In this document: one piece after another, positions 24,563 through 37,226 of the stretch
Numbering within the stretch: the first letter of the stretch is position 1
How the letters are laid out: each line of letters starts with the position of its first letter
Origin: Phoronis australis
Taxonomy: Eukaryota > Animalia > Phoronida
DNA length: 64,000 bases
Assembly (NCBI GenBank): GCA_002633005.1
Contig: NMRA01000497.1
Coordinates: 146,883 to 210,882 of the forward strand
Reading direction: 5' to 3'
The notes under the pieces: generated by a model
Databases searched by the model: none
Seen by the model: the letters and a program-made list of their open reading frames with translations, nothing else
What the model was told of the DNA's origin: nothing
Made by a program: the position numbers and the translations under genes

Positions 24563-26139
24563 TATACTGTAGGTGGCGCTGTGTCAGAGGGTAATTCTGA
24601 AGCAGAAGACAGTGTTTACCTTGCAGTTTGAATGCTGCTTGCGTACTTATTGTCAATAATTCTGTTTTATTGAAAGCACAATCGAAATTTTACTGCTTTC
24701 GAATTAAAGTACATAAATTTTTAAATGACCTAATCCTAAATTACTGCATTAGTATCTCTCATTTTGATTTTTGAATTATACTACAGCAAATTTCAGAGGT
24801 GATATATCTTAATATCAATAGTGATATTCCGGTGCCTTCAGAAGTGTGGAAAGTACATATTATAACTTTCTCCTCACGGCATGGGCCAAGGAAAGCCAGT
24901 TAATAGAATAATCGAAGCTAATTCGTAAAAATCAATCCTGTTTGGAAAATCAATCCTAATGTGTAAAAATCTAACCCAATTCGTAGAAATTTATCGCGTT
25001 TGGAAAATCAAACCTGTTTGAAAAGCAAACCTGTCGGTGGAAGCAGGAACTAGCTAAGTGCACTGAAAGGATAAAATTACGAATTGAGTTTGCTGTGATT
25101 TTTCTATGAACTATTTTTGCCCTTTCCGAGGCCCACACTAACCAATGTATACGAGTATTTTGAATAATAGTCTATCGGATGAGTTCGTAGAGTTACGTAG
25201 ACATTGCTAATGGCCTTTTTACCAAAAAGTGGCTAGAGTAACATCCCATATTGGGCTATTTTTGGGCGTTGGTCTCGTGCATGAGAACGTTTTCGATGAA
25301 TACCGATCAGAAACTTTCCTATATTGTGTAATGAGAGAAATTTCGAAAGAAAAAACCAAGAGAGAATTTTTGCCGATGCGTCACCATTTTGTCACTGTCA
25401 GTTTTCATTTTGGTCAGAAGTGGGCGCTGCGAAGGAACGCAAGGAAGTTAACTGCAAAATCCGTCGACAGAGCATGCATATTCCGACTAAAACCCGGAAA
25501 TGCGCAAGTTGTCGCCGTGTATTTTCAATGGGAGCTCGCGGTTTAGGCTAGATTTGTCTTGCCGATAGACAGCTATTGAACTCGACCCTGTACCGACGCT
25601 ACCCAGAAGAGGCAGAAGCTACGTTCTACTGCAATACAGCAAGATGCACACATGCGCGTCAAGATCTCATTTATTATAACGTAGGAATACTGTTAAAGCA
25701 CACTGCAACGATAGAATTTTATTACTAATACTCTCTTTTCACAATACAAATTACCAATTACAACATCAAGTGAATGGATATGTCGAAAACAAAAGAGTCA
25801 AAGGTGTAGACCGTCTTTAGTGAATTGAAGGGGCTTGAAAAATTCACATCATATGCGCACATAAAATGTCACACGTAAAATGTAATTCATGTTCGACATA
25901 TTCATCAAACATGCAAGGGAGCACATGTGTGTTCAAGGCGCCAAGGACGTTTTCATGGACGAAGAGAATCATCTGAAGCTATAAAAACCATTCATTATGA
26001 CATCAATAATGATGAAAGCAGTAAGATATAATAATTCGAAAAAAACAAGACAATAAACACAATTATACCACAATATAAGCGTCAAATGGCAGATACAACC
26101 GTGTAATAACCCATAAAGTTATCTCACTAGTGAGATAAC

Positions 26140-26226
26140 GATTTGGCGGGAAACCGAGGACGGGGTCGAAACCGGGACCCTAATATTGCTGGTCGCCGAA
26201 CTTTAACCACTACACCACGCAGCGAC
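26140..26226 (-). mobile_element. tRNA-derived SINE head
   Basis: The minus strand reads CGTGGTGTAGTGGTTAAAG...GGTCCCGGTTTCGACCCC (A and B boxes) with no intact cloverleaf. A similar head lies at ~36355-36425. Confidence 0.55.
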
Positions 26227-26770
26227 TGACGTCATGAAGTGTGAAAATAGAATACTTAAATGAGCACGCGCAATAATTGCACGTTCAACAAACCACATTG
26301 TACTGTACTTATACGCTCCGAAAAATAAGACACATAATTTCCATAAAAATGATATCTTAATTCAGTGAAATTTTTCTCTCATGTCCTCTTACTTGTAAAT
26401 CACCGATCTCCAGTTTGAATGCAGGTATCATGTCGTCAGGATCTTTGACTTGAGAATTATATTCAGTTACCAGTGGTAACCTACTTTAGCAGACGATAAT
26501 TTCCCGGTCGAAGCTTAGCGTGTAAAAAACGTGTTTTAAGCTATAATAGTTGCTTAACCTTAATTTAGAGATTCACTTCATTTCTATTTTGTTTAAATTT
26601 CCAATTGGTTTTGAGTATAAGTATTATTTGACAAAAATAGCTCGGCTTTTCTTAAAAGGTCATGACCTCCGACCCCGGGCCTCTGACATAGAAAGTAGTT
26701 ACAAAGCCGAGGCGAGTCGAGAAAGGTAGATCGATTCATTGCAATGTCTCTCGTTTAGTATGTGGTATAA

Positions 26771-26917
26771 ATAGATTATTACATGTTCTCAGTCGTTATC
26801 CCCCTTATCTAGAGCCCTCGTGGATTTTGTAGAATTATCCCCTCGGGCGATAATTCTCCAAAATCCACTCGGGCTCTAGATAACGGGAGATAACGATTTC
26901 GCCATGTAATAATCTAT
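26771..26917. mobile_element. 147-bp near-perfect palindromic MITE/hairpin
   Basis: ATAGATTATTACATG..CGTTATC..TTATCTAGAGCCC..GTGGATTTTG.AGAATTATC is mirrored on the right arm and sits in a TA-rich site. Confidence 0.8.
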
Positions 26918-27188
26918 ATATATATTACATGTACATTATAATACGCTGACCAGACGGTTGTTAAAAAGCGCCACAGGAGCTGGCCTACTTTTTCTGAGGG
27001 CTGAATAGGAATGTTTAGGATGATGTCATTTTAATGCAACATGGCGTTTTGGACCCAGTGTGACGGCATGTCTATTCTTATTTCCGTGTCCAAATTGTGT
27101 CATCTACGGCCATGATACGTCATCACTAAACATCCGAGTGGCTCAGGCGGCTTCTCGTTCTTCTGATGAGCTGGTCTCACGAAGATTT

Positions 27189-29963
27189 TCACATCGCAGT
27201 CGTGGTTTCAAGATCTTTCGATGGCTGATTGTTGAGATTGGTTTGGTCAAAAACATCCGTTTCTGTGTTGGTTCTAGACGTAGTGCGTTCGCTTGACCGC
27301 CAGCGACGTATTGCAAAAATCAGCCACACAATCGCAACTAATGTAAACAGTCCGACGACAGCTCCACAGCCGATAGGCAGGAACTGTCTCAAATTTTTGT
27401 GCAATATGGAAACACCAGTGTCATTGGTTTTAGAACGGTTTGATTTCTGGACTCGAAGCAGTTCCTTGCTAGAGGGTGATTTAAAGAGGTTTACAGCAGT
27501 ACACTCATAATATCCATCAACAAATTTATTGTTGGAATATTCGATTAAACCACTGGTATGTGTTGTGTTCCAAATAGGTTGGAACCTGGTTTTGTTTCCA
27601 TTCGGAGCCGTTATAATAATTTCTGGAGCAGGGTCGCCAATTGACGTGCATTCGACGATGATCTGTGGGCCATATTTGATTTCTATATGTGGCTTTGTTG
27701 GTGGATAGCAATCTATCTTGGCTGACAGAAACATCTCCGCTGAGTAGGCTGTTTGAAACGGTGACTGGCAAGATGGAAATTCGTGTAACGCTCTTTTGTA
27801 GTAACCAAAGTTGCTCTTAATCGTGATCTCAAACCAGGTTTGAAATAATCTCAATAGGCAGTTACAATGTAGTGGATTACCGGAAACAAGAAGTTCAGCG
27901 AGTCGATATTCCGTAGCAAATAGCTTCTGAATTATGTCTTGTGGGAAACTTTTAATGCGATTCCTTCGGAGCGCAATTTTTCGTACCTTCGGCATGCCTT
28001 CCATGACTCCTTCTTCAATTTCTTCAATTTCACATTCATCTAGATAAAGTACACGTAAGGAAAGCAGTGAACCGAACGTTTCTTTGTCAACGCGCTGAAG
28101 TCTATTGCCAACCAAAGACAATTTATACAGGAATTGCAAACTGTCCAGTGCGTCAGCTTCTATAGCATAAATGCCAGCATAAGACAAGTCTAACGTCGTA
28201 AGGGAAAATAAACCGCACAAGGAAGTATTCAGCAAGAACTCTAACAGATTGTTGTTTAATGAAAGACCTCGTAAGTTCGTGCCTGACAAAGAACAATTTT
28301 CTATTCGCCGAAGCTTGTTATGGTCAAGGTTGACATTAAGAGCTGACGGTCCTTCAAATGTCCTCGGTGCTATAGTCACTATTCTATTTCCTTCTAAAGA
28401 AAGCGTCCTCAACAGTTTCAATTCGGCGAAGCTACCAGCGGCCATATATGAAATCGCGTTATAACTCAAGTCAAGTGAAAGAAGCGCCACGAGCCCCTTC
28501 AGAGTGTCGTTAGAAATGTGAGCAAGCAGGTTTCGACTAAGATTAAGGAATTTCAGCTGATTAAAAGACGGGAATGCTTGACCAGGTAAATCCGTTATGT
28601 TACACTCCGGAAGACCAAGCACAATTGCCGCAGCAAAATTACGAAAGACATCCTGAGATACGTTCATGTCACTGAAATCAACTTTCAAAATTAGTCTAGA
28701 AACATTGCGCAGAAACCCAAGTTTGAATTTAGCCATCTTCAAACTTTGAAAGCCAATTTCTACTCGCTGCACACTATTCACCGGGTTATTAGGTAATTCT
28801 GTTATTAGATTATCATTCATGTACAGCATTTTCAGTTGTTGTGCTCCTAAAAATGTATGAGAAGTTATTTTTCGAATTCGATTGCCGTTGAGGTTGAGAG
28901 TACGTAAGCTCGTCAAATCATAAAAAGACCAGTCTGCAAGAACAGATATTGCATTTTTTTCAAGGTGTAGAGTCACGAGCTTAGACAAGTTACGAAAAGT
29001 GTTCCGTCCAATGGCATGCAACTTATTGTTGTTGACAAAAAGTACAGTAAGCAAAGTCATATTGCTAAAAGACATGTCCTCTATGTAAACGATGTTATTA
29101 AAAGAAATATCCAAATTGTGCAGAATTGGTAACTCATTGAACGTGTTCCTTGTAATAATACCTAAACTGTTATTACTCAAGGACAATTGGAAAATCTGAC
29201 GAGGACAATAAAAAGTGGCGTTTTCATTCAATGTCAGAAAATTATCGGATATCTGCAATTGTTTTAGAGATGGCCAAAACGTAGAGTTTAAAACCTTTAT
29301 ATTCTCTATTTGGTTATTTTTTATATTCAAACGTTTCAGTGAAGGCAACGACAAGTTGTAGATCTCAGATATTGCGTTGTCCATAACGTCGAGTACCTCC
29401 AAATTTTTCAATCCTTCTAGAACTGTCCCATGAAGAACAGAAATGTTATTATGACTCAGACGTAGTACTCGGAGATTTGTCAGCTTTCGAAACGCGCCAG
29501 TGGCTAATTGACATAAACGATTGTTTCTGAAATCGACGACTTGTAATTCTGTCAGGTTGTTAGCGAACGAATCTTGTGCCACTTGTGAGATTTTGTTCCA
29601 TCTTAGAATTAGAGTTGTTAATGACGGCGTTTCACTAAATAGTTTATCAGGTAGATACTTTATCCGATTCTTAGACAGATTCAATGTTTCCAAATTCTTC
29701 AAACCCGCCAATGTTCGAGAATTTATTTTCTCCAGCATATTATTGCTTAGTGACAATTTCTTCAGCTCGGTTAAAGTCAAAAAAGTTCCATCTTCCATAC
29801 ATTCCAGTTTGTTGTAATCCAACTCCAAGATTTCGATCCTGTGTACATTACTGAAGGCATCCCGATTAATTGCCGCAGTACAAGTTATGATTACTACATG
29901 CACGATCCAAAAACCAACATCCATCTTCCAAACTAGTTGTACAAAAGACGTATTATTAGGCAT
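27189..29963 (-). CDS. Intronless type I membrane LRR-Ig protein (~25 LRRs, LRRCT, one Ig domain, TM, short tail; LRRIG/LIG-like)
   Basis: 924-aa ORF with repeated LxxLxLxxNxI, LRRCT NPLHCNC..C..C, Ig ECTSIGDPAP..DGYYECTAVN, and TM FLPIGCGAVVGLFTLVAIVWLIFAI followed by RRWR. No TIR domain. The true start is uncertain. Confidence 0.92.
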   Translation of the reverse strand: MPNNTSFVQLVWKMDVGFWIVHVVIITCTAAINRDAFSNVHRIEILELDYNKLECMEDGTFLTLTELKKLSLSNNMLEKINSRTLAGLKNLETLNLSKNRIKYLPDKLFSETPSLTTLILRWNKISQVAQDSFANNLTELQVVDFRNNRLCQLATGAFRKLTNLRVLRLSHNNISVLHGTVLEGLKNLEVLDVMDNAISEIYNLSLPSLKRLNIKNNQIENIKVLNSTFWPSLKQLQISDNFLTLNENATFYCPRQIFQLSLSNNSLGIITRNTFNELPILHNLDISFNNIVYIEDMSFSNMTLLTVLFVNNNKLHAIGRNTFRNLSKLVTLHLEKNAISVLADWSFYDLTSLRTLNLNGNRIRKITSHTFLGAQQLKMLYMNDNLITELPNNPVNSVQRVEIGFQSLKMAKFKLGFLRNVSRLILKVDFSDMNVSQDVFRNFAAAIVLGLPECNITDLPGQAFPSFNQLKFLNLSRNLLAHISNDTLKGLVALLSLDLSYNAISYMAAGSFAELKLLRTLSLEGNRIVTIAPRTFEGPSALNVNLDHNKLRRIENCSLSGTNLRGLSLNNNLLEFLLNTSLCGLFSLTTLDLSYAGIYAIEADALDSLQFLYKLSLVGNRLQRVDKETFGSLLSLRVLYLDECEIEEIEEGVMEGMPKVRKIALRRNRIKSFPQDIIQKLFATEYRLAELLVSGNPLHCNCLLRLFQTWFEITIKSNFGYYKRALHEFPSCQSPFQTAYSAEMFLSAKIDCYPPTKPHIEIKYGPQIIVECTSIGDPAPEIIITAPNGNKTRFQPIWNTTHTSGLIEYSNNKFVDGYYECTAVNLFKSPSSKELLRVQKSNRSKTNDTGVSILHKNLRQFLPIGCGAVVGLFTLVAIVWLIFAIRRWRSSERTTSRTNTETDVFDQTNLNNQPSKDLETTTAM

Positions 29964-30439
29964 ATAAACCTTTTCACTAGCAGCGCAATTTCAGCGTTGC
30001 TATTAACAACACCGATGGGAAATGCACAAATCAGCCAACATCTTCTCAACTGTGTTTTAGTCAACAGATTGTCATCAATGCGTGATCTAGTGACGAATAC
30101 GGCACGTTCTCTGTTAAAATCTCACATAAATACTAATATATAAATAAACAAATGCTGAATTTCTATTTCATTGGGGTATAATTGTTTAATTTACTGCCAT
30201 CGACTACTTATATGAACCATACTTTATTTCCTTATCAATTTACTTCATTTGTTCTTCACATTTTTACTCATAACATGGGGTAATAATTATTGATAACGAT
30301 GAGTCATTGTACACTAGTACATGTATCATACATGCACTTAATGTCAAACTTAGTATCTATATCTCGTTTACATTTATGAATGTGATCTTGTAGTGAAACT
30401 CATGGTGCATTTCTACACATATATTTAAATACACTCGCA

Positions 30440-30562
30440 TTTACACATACGCGAACACACATGCACAAGCACACGCATACACATACACACCGACACATGC
30501 ACACACACACACCGTGCACACACACCGTGCACACACACCGTGAACACACACCGTGCACACAC
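30440..30562. repeat. CA-rich micro/minisatellite (ACACACACCGTGC x ~4)
   Basis: Directly visible. Confidence 0.85.
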
Positions 30563-32244
30563 AGCATGGGCGGCGCACCATACGGGGCTGGGATGATCCG
30601 TCAGCAATGAATGTAAATTTTGATAACCATGATTTCCCTGTCCTATACTTCAACAACATTATATGAAAACTCCAGATGTAATTGGCGTAATTAGCTATTG
30701 TCAAGAGTAAAGGGAGGGATGATATGTGTGTGTTGATCAATGATACAGATATTTAACATGTTCAAAAGTCATTTTGCCGTTATGTAGGGTCTTTAAGTTC
30801 GTATATCCAGCACGGTGCGTAGAGAAAAAATTGTTTAACTCGATGTTTTGTATTTAACTGTCCTTGTATATGTTTGTTATTGTACTTTGGACCTCTGACC
30901 TTGAATGCAACAAAGTAAGCAACTAATACTTGTTTCTGACGATAAAAACTGAAAAAGAGACTGTAGAAGACGGGCGTTGATTATACATGTATATGAAAAC
31001 CTGCTAATACATGTACAGTTTGCAATTGTTATCAATTTAAGATCACGCTGAAATTTGAATGCGTAACAACAAAAATGTCATCCTTAGTTTGCCCATGAAC
31101 AACAATGTCACGTGCCGGCTCACGCGCTGTTGCCCTTACTAATTACTGTCTGTGCTCATGATGTACATATAAGATTAAGAATGCGTGATGTAGAACAACC
31201 AGTAACATAATAAGTTTTACGTAGATTTACATGTTATGGGCCGTGATGACGCAATTGTCACTGAAGACGAACTCGCTGGTTCCCTTCGTGCCGCTGGGTC
31301 GTAGCCAGCACGCAGGTACCAACAATGAGATAAATAGCTAGAGACGACACGACTACTCGCAAGCCAGACAGCGTGTGACACGCGGTCCGCCATATTGATG
31401 ATGAAAGTTATGTAAGTAAAAACGCGGTGGCCTTATGGAAGCCGGGGAATTTTCAGAATAAAATTTTAAATTTTAAATACTAATGAGGTTTTAAAATATT
31501 GGTAACATTGGGCAATGTAAACCTGTGACCCACGCATTGCTTAAACGGTTATATAAGCCATTGCAAAGACAAAATTCCTAGTCATTTGGCTGAAATGCAC
31601 ACGGAGTGCTGCTGGTCTGAGAGGTTTTCAGTGCCGGCTCAGTTGAAGACAATCACTGGAATGTATAAACTTTCGAAAATGGTATTATAAAGTGATTAAC
31701 CTTTTTCGTCATTATGATTGTATCAGTAGTGCCTATTTTTCAGTTGTTTATAAAACCGACAAGACGATCAGCTGTCAAGCGGGCCGCTGTATTCCCAAAG
31801 TTTTTAGCATGGGTCTAAAAATTCCTTGACCCGGCGCCATGTGATTTATTCTCACAAAAATATTTGAGGCATGCGTTCGTGTGAAACACTTGAGCACTTA
31901 AGTATAAAAAATAAGTAGAAACACATGGAAATCGATGAGCATAGAAACAGTAGTATGCGTGCATGTAAAGTCGTGTCATTGTATGCAACAACCAATGGAA
32001 AATGGAACTGTGCGTGTTTGTGTACATGTGCATATTCGGAATGAGGGCATAGACCAGATTGAATAAAAATTGGCAGCAAAATTTTGCAAAACGATAACGT
32101 TATAGAAACTCATATGTTAACATTAAGTATTTCAACGAAAAAAGAAAAATGCACGACACCAAAAGCACCCTGTACTTATTTTTTTTTGTTTTTAATGTTT
32201 ATTACGAAATCTTCAGAATACAATGAATATACATAACCCAGAAA

Positions 32245-34637
32245 GCGCCAAGAGGCATTAAATCTGTACTCAGTGGTTGGTAAGACACGCAAGTCACACA
32301 GTGACATGCGGCGGTTAGTCAACACCACTGCTTGGGAGGCCGAAGTCGGTGGTCGAAGTATGCATTTGCAAAGACCCAGTTTCTGGAAAGGTGATTGGAA
32401 TTGTCTACTTCAGGCTATACTAAGGAATAATGTTTACATCAATATGCAGGCGTTTTTTCAAAAAATAAAACGCATGTAAGGGGTGTTGAGATGTCTCAAG
32501 GAAAATTACTTCAGCGATACGCTACTTTTCTTTAACTATCTATTATTACTTGTCCTAGTACCCAATTCATCTTAGCGTGGTGAACTGGTAATTTGTACAC
32601 TTTGAAACAATATGGTCTCACAGTTCAAACAGTTGTGTCATAGAGTCTATTGTAAAACAACACGCCGCGGAACTAGAGTTTTAAAAAGGCGTTCACATTA
32701 TCGATTTTTACCAATATTAATTTTATATCATTCAATGTACCCCTTTAATCAGACCATGATGTACGCAATGGCTGATTTTTTTTCTATCAATAACAAGCAC
32801 ACTTCCATCTGATTGGCCATCCAGAACGATAAGGGCAACAAAAATGTTCACACTGAGAAACAACATATCTACCGTCCCGATATAACATTGCGGGATGTAT
32901 CATTCTTGGGCCAGATATGTGTTGATTGTACATGTATGAGCTTCAAGCACGCGGCTATTGAACTGCAGAAACGAAAAAGTTGCCGCGGCTGCTACAATGG
33001 CCCAGCGCCCGTCAGTGACTTTACCAGAAGTGCCTGGACTGTGTCTGTGCCAAGGGAAAACGCCATAATGACGGCCACTTGCATGACAAGGCAAAAATCC
33101 TTCACAGTCCGTCATTTTCTCACGTTGTTGTAAAACTAACCAATGACTGCAGAGTTACATCAACCAATACTAAAGCGCGTGCTACTGTGTGATACCTGCG
33201 TGATGGCTAGGCAAGGCAACCAGCGAGTGAAGACGAAAAGCACACCTGCAGATGTCTTCTGCAATGGGTAGATAGCGACATCTATTGCTCAAAAGTGAGT
33301 GTCCCTATTAGCATAGAAAACAGGGCAGGTCAAAGGTTACAACACACAGAATGAACACAGCACTTGGTAAGTTTCTTAGATTTGCTGTTGTTACTAACGT
33401 TGATAGACGTTCTGTGTGTTCAAGGCACCCTGCAAAGAAANCGCCAAGAGGCATTAAATCTGTACTCAGTGGTTGGTAAGACACGCAAGTCACACAGTGA
33501 CATGCGGCGGTTAGTCAACACCACTGCTTGGGAGGCCGAAGTCGGTGGTCGAAGTATGCATTTGCAAAGACTCAGTTTCTGGAAAGGTGATTGGAATTGT
33601 CTACTTCAGGCTATACTAAGGAATAATGTTTACATCAATATGCAGGCGTTTTTTCAAAAAATAAAACGCATGTAAGGGGTGTTGAGATGTCTCAAGGAAA
33701 ATTACTTCAGCAATACGCTACTTTTCTTTAACTGTCTATTATTACTTGTCCTAGTACCCAATTCATCTTAGCGTGGTGAACTGGTAATTTGTACACTTTG
33801 AAACAACATGGTCTCACAGTTCAAACAGTTGTGTCATAGAGTCTATTGTAAAACAACACGCCGCGGAACGTTTTAAAAAGGCGTTCACATTATCGATTTT
33901 CACCAATATTAATTGTATATCATTCAATGTACCCCTTTAATCAGACCATGATGTACGCAATGGCTGATTTTTTTCTATCAATAACAAGCACACTTCCATC
34001 TGATTGGCCATCCAGAACGATAAGGGCAACAAAAATGTTCATACGCAGAAACAACATATCTACCGTCCCGATATAACATTGCGGGATGTATCATTCTTGG
34101 GCCAGATATGTGTTGAATGTACATGTATGAGCTTCAAGCACGCGGCTATTGAACTGCAGAAACGAAAAAGTTGCCGCGGCTGCTACCATGACCCAGCGCC
34201 CGTCAGTGACTTTACCAGAAGTGCCTGGACTGTGCCTGTGCCAACGGGAAAACGCCATAATGACGGCCACTTGCATGACAAGGCTAAAATCCTTCACAGT
34301 CCGCCATTTTCTCACGTTGTTGTAAAACTAACCAATGACTGCAGAGTTACATCAACCAATACTAAAGCGCGTGCTACTGTGTGATACCTGCGTGATGGCT
34401 AGGCACGGCAACTGAACCAGCGAGTGAAGACGAAAAGCACACCTGCAGATGTCTTCTGCAATGGGTAGATAGCGACATCTATTGCTCAAAAGTGAGTGTC
34501 CCTATTAGCATAGAAAACAGGGCAGGTCAAAGGTTACAACACACAGAATGAACACAGCACTTGGTAAGTTTCTTAGATTTGCTGTTGTTACTAACGTTGA
34601 TAGACGTTCTGTGTGTTCAAGGCACCCTGCAAAGAAA
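32245..34637 (+). repeat. ~1.2-kb direct duplication joined at a single N (33441); probable allelic/assembly duplication
   Basis: 32245-33440 and 33442-34637 are near-identical apart from scattered SNPs and small indels. The junction is an N. Confidence 0.8.
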
Positions 34638-36140
34638 CCCATAACAGTAACAGCGGTCTACAACGTGCACCTAGTATTATCATATGAGTGCTTGGACCGG
34701 CCGCAGAGCCCATGCCAAGGCCAACTGCCTCGATCCTTGTTGGCCCAGAAGGCTGATCGAATGCTTGGAAAATCTGGTCGTGGAATAAGTTACACGGCCC
34801 GTGTTGTATTAAAGAGATAAACCATGTTTAAATATCTTAAATATGGTAAATCTACACACGTTTTCTTCCGGCGTATAACAGCAAAGTACAAAAATTTTAC
34901 AAGGGGGCGTATCATAGACAGTTGACCTCCATACGTGAATGACCTATATGCATTCTGTTCGCCTTGGTTGTATTCTCTCATAATCACAAGTTGTTCTAGA
35001 CTTGCGTATACACTCAAATCGCAGTAACACTGCCATTTTGTGACCGCATGCGCCTTTGAGGTTTGAATAGCATGTCGAACGTGTTAAATTCTAGCGTAGG
35101 CTACGGTCTTTCGAACTTTCGGGCTTTGAATATCCACGAAATTGGCGCTGGCGCCTGAAGGGGACAACAGGTGGTGACCGGTAAACTTTGCATTTTGACT
35201 GACGCAGTCGACCTGAATTTTTCAACTTAGTATTATGCCAATGTCAAAACAATTAGCGAGGCGCTTAGGTGACAACGAAGGCCTTTATGGTTTTCATCGA
35301 TTACGAAATCCAGGCTCATGACGCAGGTCCTGGCCTAAGGAATGAACAACCAATCTCACCCCAGCGAATTTGGACGGACCGATCAAAGGTTCTACTTTAG
35401 AAAAATGACCTTCACGACCGTGCCCTGGAAACATGGGGAATCGTTGAAAATATGAAAATACAATTTAGCATTAATACGTATCATCTTGATTCTTTAAACA
35501 TCGATGAACTGACGTCGTTTTGCACACTCTTGTACGACAAGTCGCATACGATTTTTGACTTTGAAGTCACGTCAGAACACCTCATGTGTCAATACACTTA
35601 ATTCGACTAGTCGTAAACGTACACAACAGCCGTACACAAGGTCTTACACACTTGAGTGGGAACGTATCTTTAGGCTATAGCGCTCATCATTTTGTAGTTC
35701 GACAAACGCGAGAGTGTTTTTGTCTACTTTGTTTTCACAATGACGAAACATTCAGTTTTGTACAAGCTTAGGAAAAATCGTTGCTTTCTGTTGATTCGTG
35801 AAAATACGTACTGGGTTTCCTGTCTCAGGTCAAACTAATCTCTTTCATATTTCAGACGTGTCTGTGATCGGCGTTGAAGGTCCTGGACCCCCACCGATTG
35901 AACTTGTGGCAAGTACAGACACTGTGATATTATTGGGAATTAGTGACACTGAATGTAACTCTGATAATTTGTTATTATACCGTTTGATAGTGCATTACTG
36001 TAGACAAAGGGGTGTAAACGTAAACCTCTACGGCAGTTGCGGTCCACCAGGACAGAACTCTCCTTGGGCAGTTGAGGTTCGCTTGAGATTGACTGATAAC
36101 TTTGTTTCTACACCTCCCGAAAAGCAGGCGAACCTTATTC

Positions 36141-37103
36141 CAGTGGCGGATCTAGGATATCACAAGGGGGGGCCCCAACATTTTGTCCGGCTGTAAGCAT
36201 TTGCGCAAACCACGATTGTAGATGCGTATAGCACCGAATGGGAAAATTTTCTGTTTTTTCCTCCAAAAATCAAGCATTTTCCTTTATTCCTGAAGTATTA
36301 TTCAAGAAAAAAAGGCAAAAAGAAAAACACGGAGAACGTGTCAACCAGGAAAAACTGATTGTACCACAGACTCAAACTCTCGACCTAGCGGTTAGAGCGC
36401 GCGTGCTTTACCACTACACCACCACGATTTAACTACTAATCGTTTACTAAGAGACCTACATGTACTTGTTTATGGTACACAGCGTTTGCGCGCGAAACCA
36501 ACTTCTTTTTGTTATGTTTATTACACGTTTTATATTTTGTGCAATCGGTTCTTAACAATTTTTTTTGTATTTAAAATAGTCTTCAAATGCCCAAAAGACC
36601 AAATCCGTTTTTCGTGTTGGCAATAATGACGGGATTGCTTTGAAAATCGTCTTAAGTTAAGGTTTGACAAAGAGAGAATTATGAGTTTCTGAGTGATTCA
36701 CTAAGGCTTCGGTTAAAATTCACGTCTTACCAGCAGCTTCTGTTTTTTCATCGTCACTCAGGTTACATTTTCTTTAAAAAATGAAGTAAATTTTATCATT
36801 GCACTGTGAAGCAGACGACGGAAACGGAGTCGTAATGTGCAGCGCCACTGCCGGTCGCCTGGGATATCGCGGGAGAGCCTACATGTATACTTAGCCACAG
36901 TTCCGTTACGAATTTAACACTTGAAATTGGATATGATCCCCCAAACACTAAAACTGCACACATTTAAATCTTGTTTCATCCGTATAATTTTAATTACCGG
37001 GGTTTATTAATAAACTCAACATTTCCCTACGTTCTTGCTGTTTTATGTTTTTGCGGCAGCCAATGGGGGGGCGGCCCCCTGGGCTCCCCTAAACCCGCCT
37101 ATG
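36141..37103. mobile_element. hAT-like MITE with G-rich termini, containing a SINE fragment
   Basis: CAGTGGCGGATCTAGG..GGGGGGCCC at left and GGGGGGGCGGCCCCC..CCTAAACCCGCCTATG at right. A related short copy lies at ~41068-41225. Confidence 0.45.
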
Positions 37104-37226
37104 TATTATGTTTATTTGTTTCTAATTTATGAGAAAATACATACAACTATGTGATCAACAGTAAATTTCTGACACTCACTGGCTTATTTTAGTCATTGTG
37201 GGCCTACAATGAGAGGCCACGATTAA

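Noticed and set aside
26140-26226. tRNA gene candidates (also ~6441, ~36355, ~42580, ~50090, ~60790)
   Set aside because: A and B boxes are present, but the stems do not pair and several carry shared tails, so they are SINEs.
27229-29817. Plus-strand ORFs overlapping the LRR gene
   Set aside because: They are antisense shadows of the real coding sequence.
30425-30740. Cys/Val-rich minus-strand ORFs (also 59284-59496)
   Set aside because: These are translations of CA/TG microsatellites.
32245-34637. 1.2-kb tandem duplication with paired ORFs (MAIQNDK.., ..VVGKTRK..)
   Set aside because: The junction is a single N and divergence is allele-like. The ORFs differ by frameshifting indels and have no recognisable motifs.
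35798-36196. 132-aa ORF and possible small exon (DVSVIGVEGPGPPPIELV) at ~35856
   Set aside because: No partner exons or recognisable domain, and the ORF runs into a MITE.
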